Source of the DNA: a virus
Taxonomy: Duplodnaviria > Caudoviricetes
Reading direction: 5' to 3' (one strand)
Length of the DNA stretch: 25,033 bases
Virus record (IMG/VR): IMGVR_UViG_3300025888_000280
Span: 1 to 25,033 of that record
Shown: piece after piece, positions 1 through 10,430 of the stretch
How positions within the stretch are numbered: the stretch's first letter is position 1
Layout: each line of letters starts with the position of its first letter
Notes under the pieces: generated by a model
What the model saw: the letters and a program-made list of their open reading frames with translations, nothing else
Database searches by the model: none
What the model was told of the DNA's origin: nothing
Translations under genes and position numbers: made by a program

Positions 1-321
1 TTAATATCTAACCCCATCACCAATAGAAAATATATCTTTCACTATTGTAAAGACACTAGTATCACCTTGTTCTATTGTAATATCATAAATATAATCACCT
101 GCTGCTAAAGAAGCATCTGTTCCAGTTCCAGAAAAATGTAATGTACCAGAAGCATCTGTAACTGTTCCTGTCTTAAATAACACAGTTGAAGCATCAGTAG
201 TTTTCTTCTTAACTGTTAAATAAGGAGTATATCCTGTAATGTTGTTTATATTATAAACACTAACATCAAATGAGAATGCGTTATGCTGAAAGATTGGTAT
301 TTTATTATCTTGTGTTGCCAT
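1..321 (-). CDS. Small beta-rich virion protein (BppU/Ig-like), D-x-S-rich
   Basis: 106 aa at the end of the tail cluster; AGDYIYDITIE resembles the G-x-Y-x-Y-D strand of BppU-like domains; AAAATAA leader and TAATATATA motif upstream. Confidence 0.5.
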   Translation of the reverse strand: MATQDNKIPIFQHNAFSFDVSVYNINNITGYTPYLTVKKKTTDASTVLFKTGTVTDASGTLHFSGTGTDASLAAGDYIYDITIEQGDTSVFTIVKDIFSIGDGVRY

Positions 322-345
322 TATTGATTGTTATTTTTATATATA

Positions 346-561
346 TTATTCAATTATTTCAGGAGGTTCGATGAGCGTCACTTCAACTTGCGGACAACTT
401 TCTAATAATTCTTTTACGCTTGCAAATACAACATTATCAATTATATCTACAGGAAGTGCAAAACCTTCTACAACTTGAATTGGTTCAAGTGCAGAGTATG
501 AACCGTATTTACCTTTAACTCGGTCTGCTTGTTCCTCTGTCATTAAAATCATTTTTTCCAT
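346..561 (-). CDS. Hypothetical small acidic protein, possibly tail-fibre associated
   Basis: 71-aa ORF packed between neighbours; starts 2 nt after the upstream stop. Confidence 0.55.
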   Translation of the reverse strand: MEKMILMTEEQADRVKGKYGSYSALEPIQVVEGFALPVDIIDNVVFASVKELLESCPQVEVTLIEPPEIIE

Positions 562-563
562 AA

Positions 564-1868
564 TTATCCTATTACTTTTTTAATTGAAAAATATGTGACA
601 TCTCCTGGTGTTCCTGTCCTTATTCCGAAATATTCAGTAGCACTTCCACAATTAACTATTTTAGTGAATGTACCCGAACCTGTTACCCCACCAGTACCAC
701 TACTAAACTCAATATAAACATTTGCTAAAGCAGCAGTATGTGTTATTACTATTCTATATTGTTCCCCTACAACATTAGCGTTTATAGGTGGTGCTTTCAA
801 GATTAGATTATCTGCTGTTCCACCAGCAAATGTAGCAGTATTATTACTTATAGTCCAATTGCTGGTGGTACTTGTCCATAGTGAATCATCATTAAAATAT
901 GGGTCAGGATTTAATTCAGGACCAAGTAGAACACTATCTATATTATCTCTAAAATACTTATTTATGTTATACAATGCTAAATGTGCTGAACCTGCACCAT
1001 AACCTAAATTACCACCAATAAAAGCGTCACACGCTGTTGCTATTGAAATATAAGTTGGAGTACCACTATTATTGGTACAAAGCATAAATACATTAATTGA
1101 TGGAACTTCTGCTGACGCTCTGGATGCATTAGCAGCAGAATTTCCATTTACCATAGTTTGCATCATAATGTTTAATCTTTGCTGTCCCATCATTCCAATT
1201 CTTGGAATACCCCCAGCCATATATAAACTTGAATTTATATAGTTGAATAACATATTATCAGTGGCTCTAGCATATAAAACTGCTTTTGCACTTGCAGAAC
1301 TTAAAGCTCCAATTAAACCAGCCCAAGTCCCTATTTGTTGGTCAATCATAGTTATTCCCTGAGAAGCTGAATTTAATGTATAATTAACACCATTAGTTGA
1401 AGGATTAAAATTACTATTTAAGTACTTGGTAGCAGCACCAGTAAAACCAAGTGTAGTATTCCAAGCTATACCATTTACTGCTGTAGCATTATATAAATCT
1501 CCTTTCCAATTCAATAAACTTGCTTGTTGTGTATGTAAATCAAATCTATAATAGCAATCTAATTTATCCCAGACACCAGCAACCTTTAAGTCAATAATTG
1601 TTTTATCAATCAAGTCAGCAAGTAAGGCTGATGGTTGAACACTCATACGAGCAAATAAAGCAAGTGCTTCATCACAATATAAAATTGGTTCAATGTAAAC
1701 ATCACTTATTGAAACAATCCCATATATTTGTGCTAAATTAGTTCTTCCACTTATAATACTTCTATTCACATAACCACTTATAGGAGAACTATTAATCACA
1801 CCTAATATTTTAGATTGATTGATTTCCCCGTATTTAGGGATATATGTGATTGTTCCAGTAACTGACAT
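564..1868 (-). CDS. Putative tail/receptor-binding protein with beta-sandwich (ConA/LamG-like) domains
   Basis: 434 aa, G/S/T/N-rich; LKVAGVWDKLDCYY segment and GPELNPDPYF...W carbohydrate-binding-like start; ATGAATATATA motif upstream. Confidence 0.5.
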   Translation of the reverse strand: MSVTGTITYIPKYGEINQSKILGVINSSPISGYVNRSIISGRTNLAQIYGIVSISDVYIEPILYCDEALALFARMSVQPSALLADLIDKTIIDLKVAGVWDKLDCYYRFDLHTQQASLLNWKGDLYNATAVNGIAWNTTLGFTGAATKYLNSNFNPSTNGVNYTLNSASQGITMIDQQIGTWAGLIGALSSASAKAVLYARATDNMLFNYINSSLYMAGGIPRIGMMGQQRLNIMMQTMVNGNSAANASRASAEVPSINVFMLCTNNSGTPTYISIATACDAFIGGNLGYGAGSAHLALYNINKYFRDNIDSVLLGPELNPDPYFNDDSLWTSTTSNWTISNNTATFAGGTADNLILKAPPINANVVGEQYRIVITHTAALANVYIEFSSGTGGVTGSGTFTKIVNCGSATEYFGIRTGTPGDVTYFSIKKVIG

Positions 1869-1901
1869 TAAGAATAAGTTATTTTATTATATATTCATCA
1901 T

Positions 1902-2930
1902 TTAATATGCAACATAAGTTCCACCCGGTACTATCCAATTGCCTACATTGTTCCAATCAGTTGACACGGTGTGAAAATAACCTGATATACTAGGTTTATT
2001 ATACCAAATTCCTTTGTATTGAAAATGTGTGGTACTTATATAATCAAAAGTCATTAAAGGATAAAAACTACCACTCTTGCCTTGTGATATACCTTTTGTA
2101 TATGTATAACCTGTTATAGTTACTGTTGCAGGTAATGTTGCAGTTAATGTTCCAAAAGACGGTGGATAGGAATACATACTATCAATTGTAGCAACTGTAG
2201 TGAGATATGTATATCTGTTATCTCCGTAATAAAAATGTCTTATGGAATCAAATGTTTGATTAATTGTTGCAGGGTCAATATCAATATATGTCATATTCAA
2301 AACTATTGTAATTGGATAAATAGTACCACCTTCTATACTACCATATACAGTTGTACCAGGACCATTACAATATAATCCAGTTAATGCACAACTAGTTAAA
2401 GTTCTTGGAGTTGAACCCGGAACTTCAATTTTCCAAAAACCACTCATACTACTATAATCATACGATGGGTCATCTGATACTTCGTGAACTGGTGAATAAA
2501 ATGTTCCTTCTGATGTTGTTAATTGTAATTTAACATAAGCAGGTAAATTAGAAGGCGGTTTTTCACCCTTTTCAATTTTAAAATAAAGACTGGCTGAACC
2601 GCTAACTATCATTCCTTGTTGGTTGTTTGGACAATCTTTAATGAATACAGCAGGTAAAGCATACTTATTATAACCTGCAAAATCTCCCATTCTATAAGGT
2701 GCTCCACCACTAGGGGAAAATAAAGCGTTATGATTGACTAAAGAACTAGTGCATAATTCAGATAGAACATTAGTATCTTCTCCCAAAACATTTTTTATAT
2801 TTGTTATAGTTATATCTGATACTTCAAATGTTTTTGTTGTTGCGTTCCAATTACTTATCGTACCAATCGTCTGATTACTTGATATGGGTACATATTTGCT
2901 ACCTGTAGGAACTGTTACTATTTTTCCCAT
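1902..2930 (-). CDS. Tail-associated protein
   Basis: 342 aa coupled to the fibre gene by a TAATG overlap at 2930; N-terminal IKNVLG..LSELCTS..PYRMGDFAGYN segment recalled from proteins next to fibres in Bacteroidota phages. Confidence 0.55.
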   Translation of the reverse strand: MGKIVTVPTGSKYVPISSNQTIGTISNWNATTKTFEVSDITITNIKNVLGEDTNVLSELCTSSLVNHNALFSPSGGAPYRMGDFAGYNKYALPAVFIKDCPNNQQGMIVSGSASLYFKIEKGEKPPSNLPAYVKLQLTTSEGTFYSPVHEVSDDPSYDYSSMSGFWKIEVPGSTPRTLTSCALTGLYCNGPGTTVYGSIEGGTIYPITIVLNMTYIDIDPATINQTFDSIRHFYYGDNRYTYLTTVATIDSMYSYPPSFGTLTATLPATVTITGYTYTKGISQGKSGSFYPLMTFDYISTTHFQYKGIWYNKPSISGYFHTVSTDWNNVGNWIVPGGTYVAY

Positions 2931-5134
2931 TAATATTCTTTATTTTTATAATATTCTAAATCTTTTCTTAAACCGTTAATTTGTTTTTGTTGTTCCTTGA
3001 TTGCCTGAATAAGCACTGGGATTAACTGCACATAATCTACTGCTTTATAATCCTCATAAATTGGATGAATTAATTCTGGAAGAACCTCTTCTACTTCTTG
3101 CGCAATAAGTCCAAAGTTGTTTCTTTCATCTTTTGCCGAGTTAAGTTCTTTTGCTTTATCATTCCATTTAAAAGAAACAGGTTTTAGTTTATTGATTATG
3201 TCTAAAGCAGAGAATGGTTTTATGTCATATTTAAGGGTCTCATCTGAAGAATAGTAAGCTGTTATTTCACCAGCAGCATATATATTATTTCCTGAATAAA
3301 TATAACCAACTGCGTGTATATAACTACCTGCTGATATATTACCACCAACACCAATACCACCAGTTGCTGATGAAAAACCACCTGCTATAACTACAGTTCC
3401 TACTGTAACTGCACCATCTACAATTAAGTTATCATTTCCAGCGTCGCTATCTCCTCCAACGTGTAATCCCCCGTTAATAGAAAGCTTTGAACTTGGTGCT
3501 GTAGTTCCAATACCTACATTACCACCGTTAGGCTGTAATGCAAGTTTTTTAGTTGACCAAGATGTATTCTTACTAGCTGTTTGTATAACGCCACAATCAA
3601 CAGTATCATCCGTACCTAATTGTAATTCAGTATATACATTAGCAGTATTAGATTGAATTGATATACCATAACTATTTTCAGTAGCATATGCGGTATTTTT
3701 TAAAATTGTAAGTTTTCCGTTATCTGGTGTTATAGTTCCAATACCTACATTACCATCATTGGTTATTCTCATTTTTTCCGTTGCATCTGCGCCTGTTGCA
3801 GTACCAAAAACCATATCAGCATTGTTAACATAATAACCTGATTGTTGAACCATTTTTATAATTCCCTGTACACCATTATATGCTGAATTAATAATATCAA
3901 AAGATAATCCTAAACCATCATAATCTGCTTCTGAACCTGCAGGGTTACTGTTTGTACCACCTCCACCTATAGAAAGTCTATGACTTGGTGTAGTAGTTCC
4001 AATGCCGATATTACCTTCTTTAATTCTCATATCTTCATACACAACACTATCCCCGTGTCTGGTTCTAAATATCATATCTTGTCTCCAAGTGTCTCCACCT
4101 TGGTCAAGTACATCTATACTTCCAGATTCAGCATTATTGAAATCACTAAACATAAGTTTTAAATGTACAGGAGTCGCTACAGAACCATATGTTGCTGTTT
4201 GTATATTTACAATTGGAGTAGGTGCTTTTATATGTAATATTGTTGAAGGTGTAGTAGTCCCAATACCAACATTACCACTTGTGGCTAATACTAACTGATT
4301 TGCATTATTAGACCAAGTACCAAGTATTAAAGCCGATTCTGTATTAGTACCAGCATAATCTGTGTATATCTTAGCTGGTGAGTTACTGCCTGGTCTTAAC
4401 CAAAGTCTATTGTTATTTGCAGTATTCTCAGAAAAAATAGTAATACAATCAAAAAACATTGGGTCTGTTATAGGGGCGTAATCTGCTATGTTCGCATTTG
4501 CAGCAGTTCCAAAGGTTCTATATGCTAATTTATTAGTATTTAACCAAGCAATTGAAGTATCTTGTTGTCCTAATTTAGTTGCTATAGTAGTAGCAAAGTT
4601 AGGGTCATCACCTAAAGCATCACCTAATTCTTGAAGTGTATTTAATGTACTTGGAGCAGCACCTACTAAACCTGCCAATCCATCTGCTAATTCAGTACTA
4701 TTAATAAAATACACACTATGTGCTGAGTTATTATGAGATGCTGGTGCAAATGTAGAAGGTTTATCAGTTAAATCATTCCAACTGCTAACACCTCCTGTTG
4801 AAGCATTCAAATATCCTCCACTCCAAGTTAAACCTGTTCCTATTGAAGCTTCTTTAAATAATCCATTTCTCCAATCAGGAAGTGCTGAAGGTGCTGAAGT
4901 GAATGCAGCCACTTCACCACCTGCATAAAAACTAAATGGAGTTCTGATTGAGTTTGTAGAAGCTTCAAAGTAGAATGCTAAAGACGAATCAGTAAATACT
5001 GGAAGTTTAACATCAGTTGAACCACCACCACCAAATGAGCCACCGCCTGAACCACCTGAACCATAGACTCCAGAACCTACTTGCCCATCGCGCCTTACTG
5101 GCAAAAGTGGATATTGAGTTATATTTATAGACAT
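2930..5134 (-). CDS. Tail fibre with C-terminal intramolecular chaperone (peptidase S74)
   Basis: APSTLNTLQELGDALGDDPNFATT fibre motif; four GN(V/I)GIGT repeats; C-terminal SDETLK..LKPVSFKW..GLIAQEVEEVLPEL..VDY plus coiled coil. Confidence 0.9.
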   Translation of the reverse strand: MSINITQYPLLPVRRDGQVGSGVYGSGGSGGGSFGGGGSTDVKLPVFTDSSLAFYFEASTNSIRTPFSFYAGGEVAAFTSAPSALPDWRNGLFKEASIGTGLTWSGGYLNASTGGVSSWNDLTDKPSTFAPASHNNSAHSVYFINSTELADGLAGLVGAAPSTLNTLQELGDALGDDPNFATTIATKLGQQDTSIAWLNTNKLAYRTFGTAANANIADYAPITDPMFFDCITIFSENTANNNRLWLRPGSNSPAKIYTDYAGTNTESALILGTWSNNANQLVLATSGNVGIGTTTPSTILHIKAPTPIVNIQTATYGSVATPVHLKLMFSDFNNAESGSIDVLDQGGDTWRQDMIFRTRHGDSVVYEDMRIKEGNIGIGTTTPSHRLSIGGGGTNSNPAGSEADYDGLGLSFDIINSAYNGVQGIIKMVQQSGYYVNNADMVFGTATGADATEKMRITNDGNVGIGTITPDNGKLTILKNTAYATENSYGISIQSNTANVYTELQLGTDDTVDCGVIQTASKNTSWSTKKLALQPNGGNVGIGTTAPSSKLSINGGLHVGGDSDAGNDNLIVDGAVTVGTVVIAGGFSSATGGIGVGGNISAGSYIHAVGYIYSGNNIYAAGEITAYYSSDETLKYDIKPFSALDIINKLKPVSFKWNDKAKELNSAKDERNNFGLIAQEVEEVLPELIHPIYEDYKAVDYVQLIPVLIQAIKEQQKQINGLRKDLEYYKNKEY
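3502..3755. repeat. 23-bp exact direct repeat inside the fibre gene
   Basis: tagttccaatacctacattacca at 3502-3524 and 3733-3755, encoding GNVGIGT. Confidence 0.9.
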
Positions 5135-5148
5135 ATTTGCAAATTATT

Positions 5149-7275
5149 TTAACTTAGAAATTCTCTTGTACTTGCGCATTCAATCATTACGCAATTCATA
5201 TTTTCATATCTGTCATTATATGTTCCACCAGCGATATAAAATGCTTTTGGATTATCATTTTCATCATAAGAATATGTACTATCCTTAATTAATTTTGTAG
5301 TTACTCCGAGTAAGAAATCTTTTACATTTAAAGTTCCTGTTAATTTACTCCTTGGAACTTTATATTGAGATAATAAAGACTGAGACAAAAGGTCAATTGT
5401 ATTATGTATTGTTACATCTGTTCCACGATATAATCCTACTATATTAGTACCAGATACAGTTTCATCAAGGCCTGAAAATGCTCCTCTTGATACACCATAA
5501 GGTCCGGTTCCATTTGTTAATTTTATATCTGTAGGTTTTTTCTTCATATTAACAATACTATTTATATCTGCAGTTCTTAATATGCCTGTATTTGATATTT
5601 GTATTTTATTTGAATCTACAATCTGTAGACTTATATTTTTAATAATAATATTTTTTATATAAGCTTCCGTTGAATTTGAAATCCAATCATCTCCTAATTC
5701 CTGTCTTATAAGTGGCGGCACTATAGCACCAAATGCTGCATCTGCTGGTATATTAATAAATATAGAACCGCTCAATAAACCGGTTCCTGAAACAACTGCA
5801 TCAGAAATTGGAATGTAAATCATAACAGTTGTCCATCTATCATCAATTCTACTTAAATCAACATTTTTTAAATATGCCTTTTTTCTAACCCAACTCATAT
5901 CATTTGTAACCCATACAAGTTCATAGTTTGCATCAATTTCTCTTACGTATATATTAGAGGATGCAGTAGTATCTTGCCAACCTGAACCATTCCACCATTT
6001 ATCACCTATTTTAATTTCAATACCTTTTAAATATAAAGTATTGATAAATATTTCTCGTTCACCAGGAGTAAGTATATTGGAGTCGTTTTTTGTATTTACA
6101 TACACATCCATATTCAATTGTAATTGCAAATTATCGTCTTGTTTTATATTAGATTGAGGAAATGTATAAGAGAAACTGCCAGATGCACCAGGAACTTGTT
6201 TTATATAAAATGTAGGGTCATCTAATTTTACAAAAGAATCATTTGCTTGTATTCCTTCAAAACTTGCGGGATAAGTTAACGTCCAGTCTTTCATTGTAAC
6301 TGGACTAAATATGTTATATGTTATACTATTATTAGTATAAGGAATACTAGGACCATAGGATGCATTTTCTGTAGTAAACCCATAAGTATAACCTGTAAAA
6401 CTATAAGGGTCATAGTTAACTTTTATTTGATTAAAGGATGGAATAATATCTAAATTAGAACCTGTTTCAAACCAATTTATATCTTTATTTGAAATATCAA
6501 GATAACCCCCAAGAGTTAAAACATTTTCTGTAAACATTGCTGTATCATACACTTTACCTTTTGCAGTATTGTGAAGATTTATTGGGTCAATAATATAAAT
6601 ATTTGTACCTCTAAAACTCATTGATAAACCAAGTGCACCGAATATTGAATTAAGAACTTCTCGACAAGACATTGCAGTTAAATTTTCATCAACATAGTTT
6701 TCATTATTTACTTTCAATTCTGCAAATAAATTATAGTCAGATGTTTTTGTATTCAAATCATTATTGGTGTAAATATTATAGAATGCAATAATTAATTTAC
6801 TTTGAATATTATTCAGAACTTGTCCAATTGTTTCAAACCCTGTATATAAAGTACCATCACTTTGTTTATAATAGTACTCATCAAGTAATGCCATTCCATC
6901 ATTACATTCTATAGTAATTTGAGAAGGCACATTATAGCCAACACTATAACTTTCACTATATAATCCGGTATTTATAAATCCTTGCCAAACTAGATTAACC
7001 CCACTTACACCGTTATATATTTTAACCACATATTTTTGTGGGTCAATAGTAAATAATCCAGTTAAAGTTAATGGAGTAGAAATTACCTTAATAGTAGCGC
7101 CGGAACCTGTTGTAGGTGCATAAATATTATTTACATCACCATTGAAGGAAATATTTAATGGGTCTCCAGTAGAAGTTAAATAAATAACATCACCACTATA
7201 AGTAGCATCTTCTATATCAATTGTTGTAATTCCTTGACTAAGACGTTTATAATTTATACGATATTTTACAGCCAT
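5149..7275 (-). CDS. Tail tip / baseplate hub-type protein
   Basis: 708-aa beta-rich ORF directly after the tape measure (TAATG overlap at 7275); VWQGFI..YSESY..ITIECNDGMALL segment typical of siphophage tail-tip proteins. Confidence 0.65.
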   Translation of the reverse strand: MAVKYRINYKRLSQGITTIDIEDATYSGDVIYLTSTGDPLNISFNGDVNNIYAPTTGSGATIKVISTPLTLTGLFTIDPQKYVVKIYNGVSGVNLVWQGFINTGLYSESYSVGYNVPSQITIECNDGMALLDEYYYKQSDGTLYTGFETIGQVLNNIQSKLIIAFYNIYTNNDLNTKTSDYNLFAELKVNNENYVDENLTAMSCREVLNSIFGALGLSMSFRGTNIYIIDPINLHNTAKGKVYDTAMFTENVLTLGGYLDISNKDINWFETGSNLDIIPSFNQIKVNYDPYSFTGYTYGFTTENASYGPSIPYTNNSITYNIFSPVTMKDWTLTYPASFEGIQANDSFVKLDDPTFYIKQVPGASGSFSYTFPQSNIKQDDNLQLQLNMDVYVNTKNDSNILTPGEREIFINTLYLKGIEIKIGDKWWNGSGWQDTTASSNIYVREIDANYELVWVTNDMSWVRKKAYLKNVDLSRIDDRWTTVMIYIPISDAVVSGTGLLSGSIFINIPADAAFGAIVPPLIRQELGDDWISNSTEAYIKNIIIKNISLQIVDSNKIQISNTGILRTADINSIVNMKKKPTDIKLTNGTGPYGVSRGAFSGLDETVSGTNIVGLYRGTDVTIHNTIDLLSQSLLSQYKVPRSKLTGTLNVKDFLLGVTTKLIKDSTYSYDENDNPKAFYIAGGTYNDRYENMNCVMIECASTREFLS

Positions 7276-8843
7276 TACGAATAACTATTTATTTTTCGAT
7301 TTTGATAATCCATATAACCTTGTAAAGAACCGTTTTGAAATTTAATTAAAACTGTTCCACCACTCATCATACTGGCAGATTGACTATTGGAAAACACTTG
7401 TGAACCTCTGGGAATATTAACAAGTTCGGGCCCATTTTCACCAACCATAGATAAACCACCTGGTGCAAAGTTTGTTCCGTTAGCAAATCCGAGAACACTT
7501 TTTAAGCCTGAACCAAAAGAAAGAAGTCCTTTTGCAGCGCCAGATTCAGGAAATAAAACTTTTAATGCGATAAATACAGCAGCATAAGCAGCAACTTTTA
7601 TTGCCATTTGTTTTAACATATCTTCAAAAGCTTTTGCCATTCCTTTCCATCCACCCTCAATTGAAGCAACCATAGTTTCAGACATTCCTTGTATTGTTCC
7701 CATTTGATTTTTTGTTAGTTCTGCATATTTAGTTTGTTCATTATATATTGCAGGCCAGTTTATAGTTGGAGTTTTGAAACCACTTGTAAGATCAACCTTA
7801 CGTGGTTTATATATACCACCATCTAATGGTTTACTTTGACGACCTAATAGTTCAGGTCTGAGATATTCATCATTTAAATCTTTAACTTCTTTGGCCAATT
7901 CCTTAGTTGCTCCAATTTCTAATCTTGAATCCTTCATTATAGCAGTATTATACCTCATTTGTGCGTTATACTTAGCATCTTCAGCTGTTGATTGAAAATT
8001 GTATAATAAGACAAGATTATCTTTTTCACCACGTTCAAGTTTTTGCAAAGTCATATAAGAATCTACTTGTTCTTGTGTAAATCCTGCCTCTAACATTCTT
8101 GTTTTAGCAATTCCTTCTTGAGTTTCTAGAGCACCTTTTTTAAAGTGATCATAATATGCAGTTGCAACACCGTAAATAGTACCCATTTCACTAGTTTGTT
8201 TATCTGTCATATCTAATGAAGTTTTATATGCTGTCATAGCAGCTTCAACTTGGACTTTATTTATAGATACCCAATTTTGTTTTTCTAATCCTAATTTTTT
8301 ATCTGCAAGTGCTTGTGATTTATTATTTATTTTCTCTTCAATTACTACAATTTGACTCCATATATCTGCACGTTCTACTTTAGTTTTAGTCATATCAGAA
8401 GCAGCTTCTTTTAACTGGGCACTTTGTCTTTTCAAACCTGCTATTTCCCAATTAGAGAATGCACTAAAAACTTCTAAATCATCGAATTTCTCTGCTAATT
8501 TCTTTGCTGCTTTATAAGTTTCATCAAAACCTGAAATTATATTACCAAAACTTGCAGTAGATAGATTTCTTAATAAACTTTTAAATCCACCCTCTAAACC
8601 TGCAACAGTAAACTCTAATTTATCTGCTCCACCTTCTGTAGAGTTCATTGCTTTTTTGGCAAAATCAAGTGCACCGGCAACCCCTCCAACAACAGCACCC
8701 ATCTTCATAAATGCAGATGTTACTTGTGTACCAACATCCGTTGTGTTCTTTCCATAATCCTTTAAGTGTTCTTTAGACTCTTTTAATTTTCTGATAAGTT
8801 CAGCATTATTTGCAGTCAGGTTTAAATTTAAATTTGCTGGCAT
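7275..8843 (-). CDS. Tape measure protein (short)
   Basis: 522 aa, helical and Ala/Lys-rich with hydrophobic segments; C-terminal FANG..GG.SMVGENGPELV..PRGSQV motif; follows the chaperone genes. Confidence 0.88.
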   Translation of the reverse strand: MPANLNLNLTANNAELIRKLKESKEHLKDYGKNTTDVGTQVTSAFMKMGAVVGGVAGALDFAKKAMNSTEGGADKLEFTVAGLEGGFKSLLRNLSTASFGNIISGFDETYKAAKKLAEKFDDLEVFSAFSNWEIAGLKRQSAQLKEAASDMTKTKVERADIWSQIVVIEEKINNKSQALADKKLGLEKQNWVSINKVQVEAAMTAYKTSLDMTDKQTSEMGTIYGVATAYYDHFKKGALETQEGIAKTRMLEAGFTQEQVDSYMTLQKLERGEKDNLVLLYNFQSTAEDAKYNAQMRYNTAIMKDSRLEIGATKELAKEVKDLNDEYLRPELLGRQSKPLDGGIYKPRKVDLTSGFKTPTINWPAIYNEQTKYAELTKNQMGTIQGMSETMVASIEGGWKGMAKAFEDMLKQMAIKVAAYAAVFIALKVLFPESGAAKGLLSFGSGLKSVLGFANGTNFAPGGLSMVGENGPELVNIPRGSQVFSNSQSASMMSGGTVLIKFQNGSLQGYMDYQNRKINSYS

Positions 8844-8878
8844 ATTGATTGATTATTTTATATCTTATATATTCATAA

Positions 8879-8903
8879 TAAAAAAAGGGGTTAATTAACC
8901 CCT
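8879..8903 (-). terminator. Intrinsic terminator after the tail chaperone genes
   Basis: Perfect palindrome AGGGGTTAATTAACCCCT (8886-8903) followed on the minus strand by a T run. Confidence 0.75.
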
Positions 8904-9215
8904 GATACTTTTCAATGAATTCCAATCTAATGGTTCATCTTCTTTATTTTCTACTATTTCATCTGAAAAATTCATTAAAGTTAAATCTGAGGGTGAAGTT
9001 ATTTCTCCATCTTCTTTAAGATTCGGCAACATAAGATAGAATGTTTGAATTCTCATCAAATTTCTTTGTATTTTTAGGTTTGCTTTTTCTTCATCTGATT
9101 TATATTTTAATGCAAGATAAATTTCAAGGAGTGTTAATTGGTAATAATCATCTCTACTGATTCCTAATCTGTAAATACAAAATGCGCATAATTCAGTATT
9201 ACTTAGGTTACTTAT
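8895..9215 (-). CDS. Tail assembly chaperone GT extension (programmed -1 frameshift)
   Basis: 106 open codons in the -1 frame after the A9 run (9215-9223): ISNLSNTELCAFCIYRLGISRDDYYQLTLLEIYLALKYK...DWNSLKSIRG*; fills the gap before the tape measure. Confidence 0.85.
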   Translation of the reverse strand: MSNLSNTELCAFCIYRLGISRDDYYQLTLLEIYLALKYKSDEEKANLKIQRNLMRIQTFYLMLPNLKEDGEITSPSDLTLMNFSDEIVENKEDEPLDWNSLKSIRG

Positions 9216-9565
9216 TTTTTTTTACCTTCACTTGAAGTTTCAGCAGATTTGGGCAAGAATTTAGGCACCAAACTTATGAAATCAGTATACATTTTATCAT
9301 TTGAAAGAAACAATGGCATATCTTCTCTTTTTAACTCAAGTTTTTCTCTTGCAACTAAATGTCCTTCTACAAGGCAATGCCAAATAAGAGGTTCGTAAAG
9401 ATAAATCTTAGAGTTTTTTATTGGACCCAATGATGCATCATCATTACCCATAATTTCCGATAAGATTTCAAACCCATAACCAGTTTCCATCTGAATTTTA
9501 CCAAAAACAAATGTGCTTAGGAAAATAGGATATTTTTTCCCTTCATATTCAAGAAATTCTACCAT
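9212..9565 (-). CDS. Tail assembly chaperone (gpG-like)
   Basis: 117 aa between tail tube and tape measure; ends GGT AAA AAA AAA TAA (slippery site). Confidence 0.82.
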   Translation of the reverse strand: MVEFLEYEGKKYPIFLSTFVFGKIQMETGYGFEILSEIMGNDDASLGPIKNSKIYLYEPLIWHCLVEGHLVAREKLELKREDMPLFLSNDKMYTDFISLVPKFLPKSAETSSEGKKK

Positions 9566-9583
9566 ATATTATATTATGTTATT

Positions 9584-9994
9584 TTATCTAGTACTTACGT
9601 CCCAGTCACCTTTCATATCACAACTGAAAGTCATAAAATCTTTGTTTCCAGGGTTTGTACCTTTCAAATCAGTAATAGCTACCGTTCCAAGTACAAAAGT
9701 ACCTGCTGTTGAAGCATTAATAGGTCTGAATTGATAACCAAGTGTCGCATCAGTACTCATTGTACGTAATAGAAATCCATAACCCAATGAACTATCAGCG
9801 TCTCCTTGAATGTAACCCTCAAGTGATGCAGTAAGTTCGTGACCACCACAAGATTGGTATGTGTTTTTTAATCCATCTGCAAGTTGAGTAGTTTCAACTA
9901 AATTAGTTCCAAGACTATAATTGAAATTTTTGCAATATGTAAACGGTGTTCCTCCCATTAAAAATTGAAAGTCTATTCCTTTTATTTTTCCCAT
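9584..9994 (-). CDS. Major tail (tube) protein
   Basis: 136 aa; canonical position; VETT..., LTASLEG and TFSCDMKG strands typical of TP901-1-like tube proteins. Confidence 0.78.
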   Translation of the reverse strand: MGKIKGIDFQFLMGGTPFTYCKNFNYSLGTNLVETTQLADGLKNTYQSCGGHELTASLEGYIQGDADSSLGYGFLLRTMSTDATLGYQFRPINASTAGTFVLGTVAITDLKGTNPGNKDFMTFSCDMKGDWDVSTR

Positions 9995-10037
9995 TTTATT
10001 AAATTATTTTAAGTTTTTATAATATATATATTCATTC

Positions 10038-10430
10038 TTAATTTTCATAAAGAATATCGAAGCTTAATGTTTTGTACCACAATTCATAATCATAATCATA
10101 AGCGGTTTTGTCCCCGCCGATTGAAGATATGTTTCTTATTTTGTTATCGTCGTAATCTTCAAAATATCTTAACAATTCATCAGAAATTGTATCAACTGTA
10201 ATATCGTCCGGTGACAAAATTTGAATTGATAAATCATAGTGCTGAACACAATCTTTATGATTCATATCACCTTCTGATGATACTAAACTTTCATCAAAAA
10301 CCATCCAATTTTTTGTATTGTTTGTTTTAAGAACATTATCATCAATATGAATGTGTCTTATACCGCCAGTAATGAAAGTATTTAATGATGCATCTGAAGT
10401 AATACACGTTAAAATATCATCGAATATCAT
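10038..10430 (-). CDS. Tail terminator / tail completion protein
   Basis: 130-aa acidic protein just upstream of the tube gene; YDLSIQI strand. Confidence 0.65.
   Translation of the reverse strand: MIFDDILTCITSDASLNTFITGGIRHIHIDDNVLKTNNTKNWMVFDESLVSSEGDMNHKDCVQHYDLSIQILSPDDITVDTISDELLRYFEDYDDNKIRNISSIGGDKTAYDYDYELWYKTLSFDILYEN

Noticed and set aside
3980-4298. Plus-strand ORFs 3980-4162 and 4002-4298
   Set aside because: Antisense shadows of the tail fibre gene
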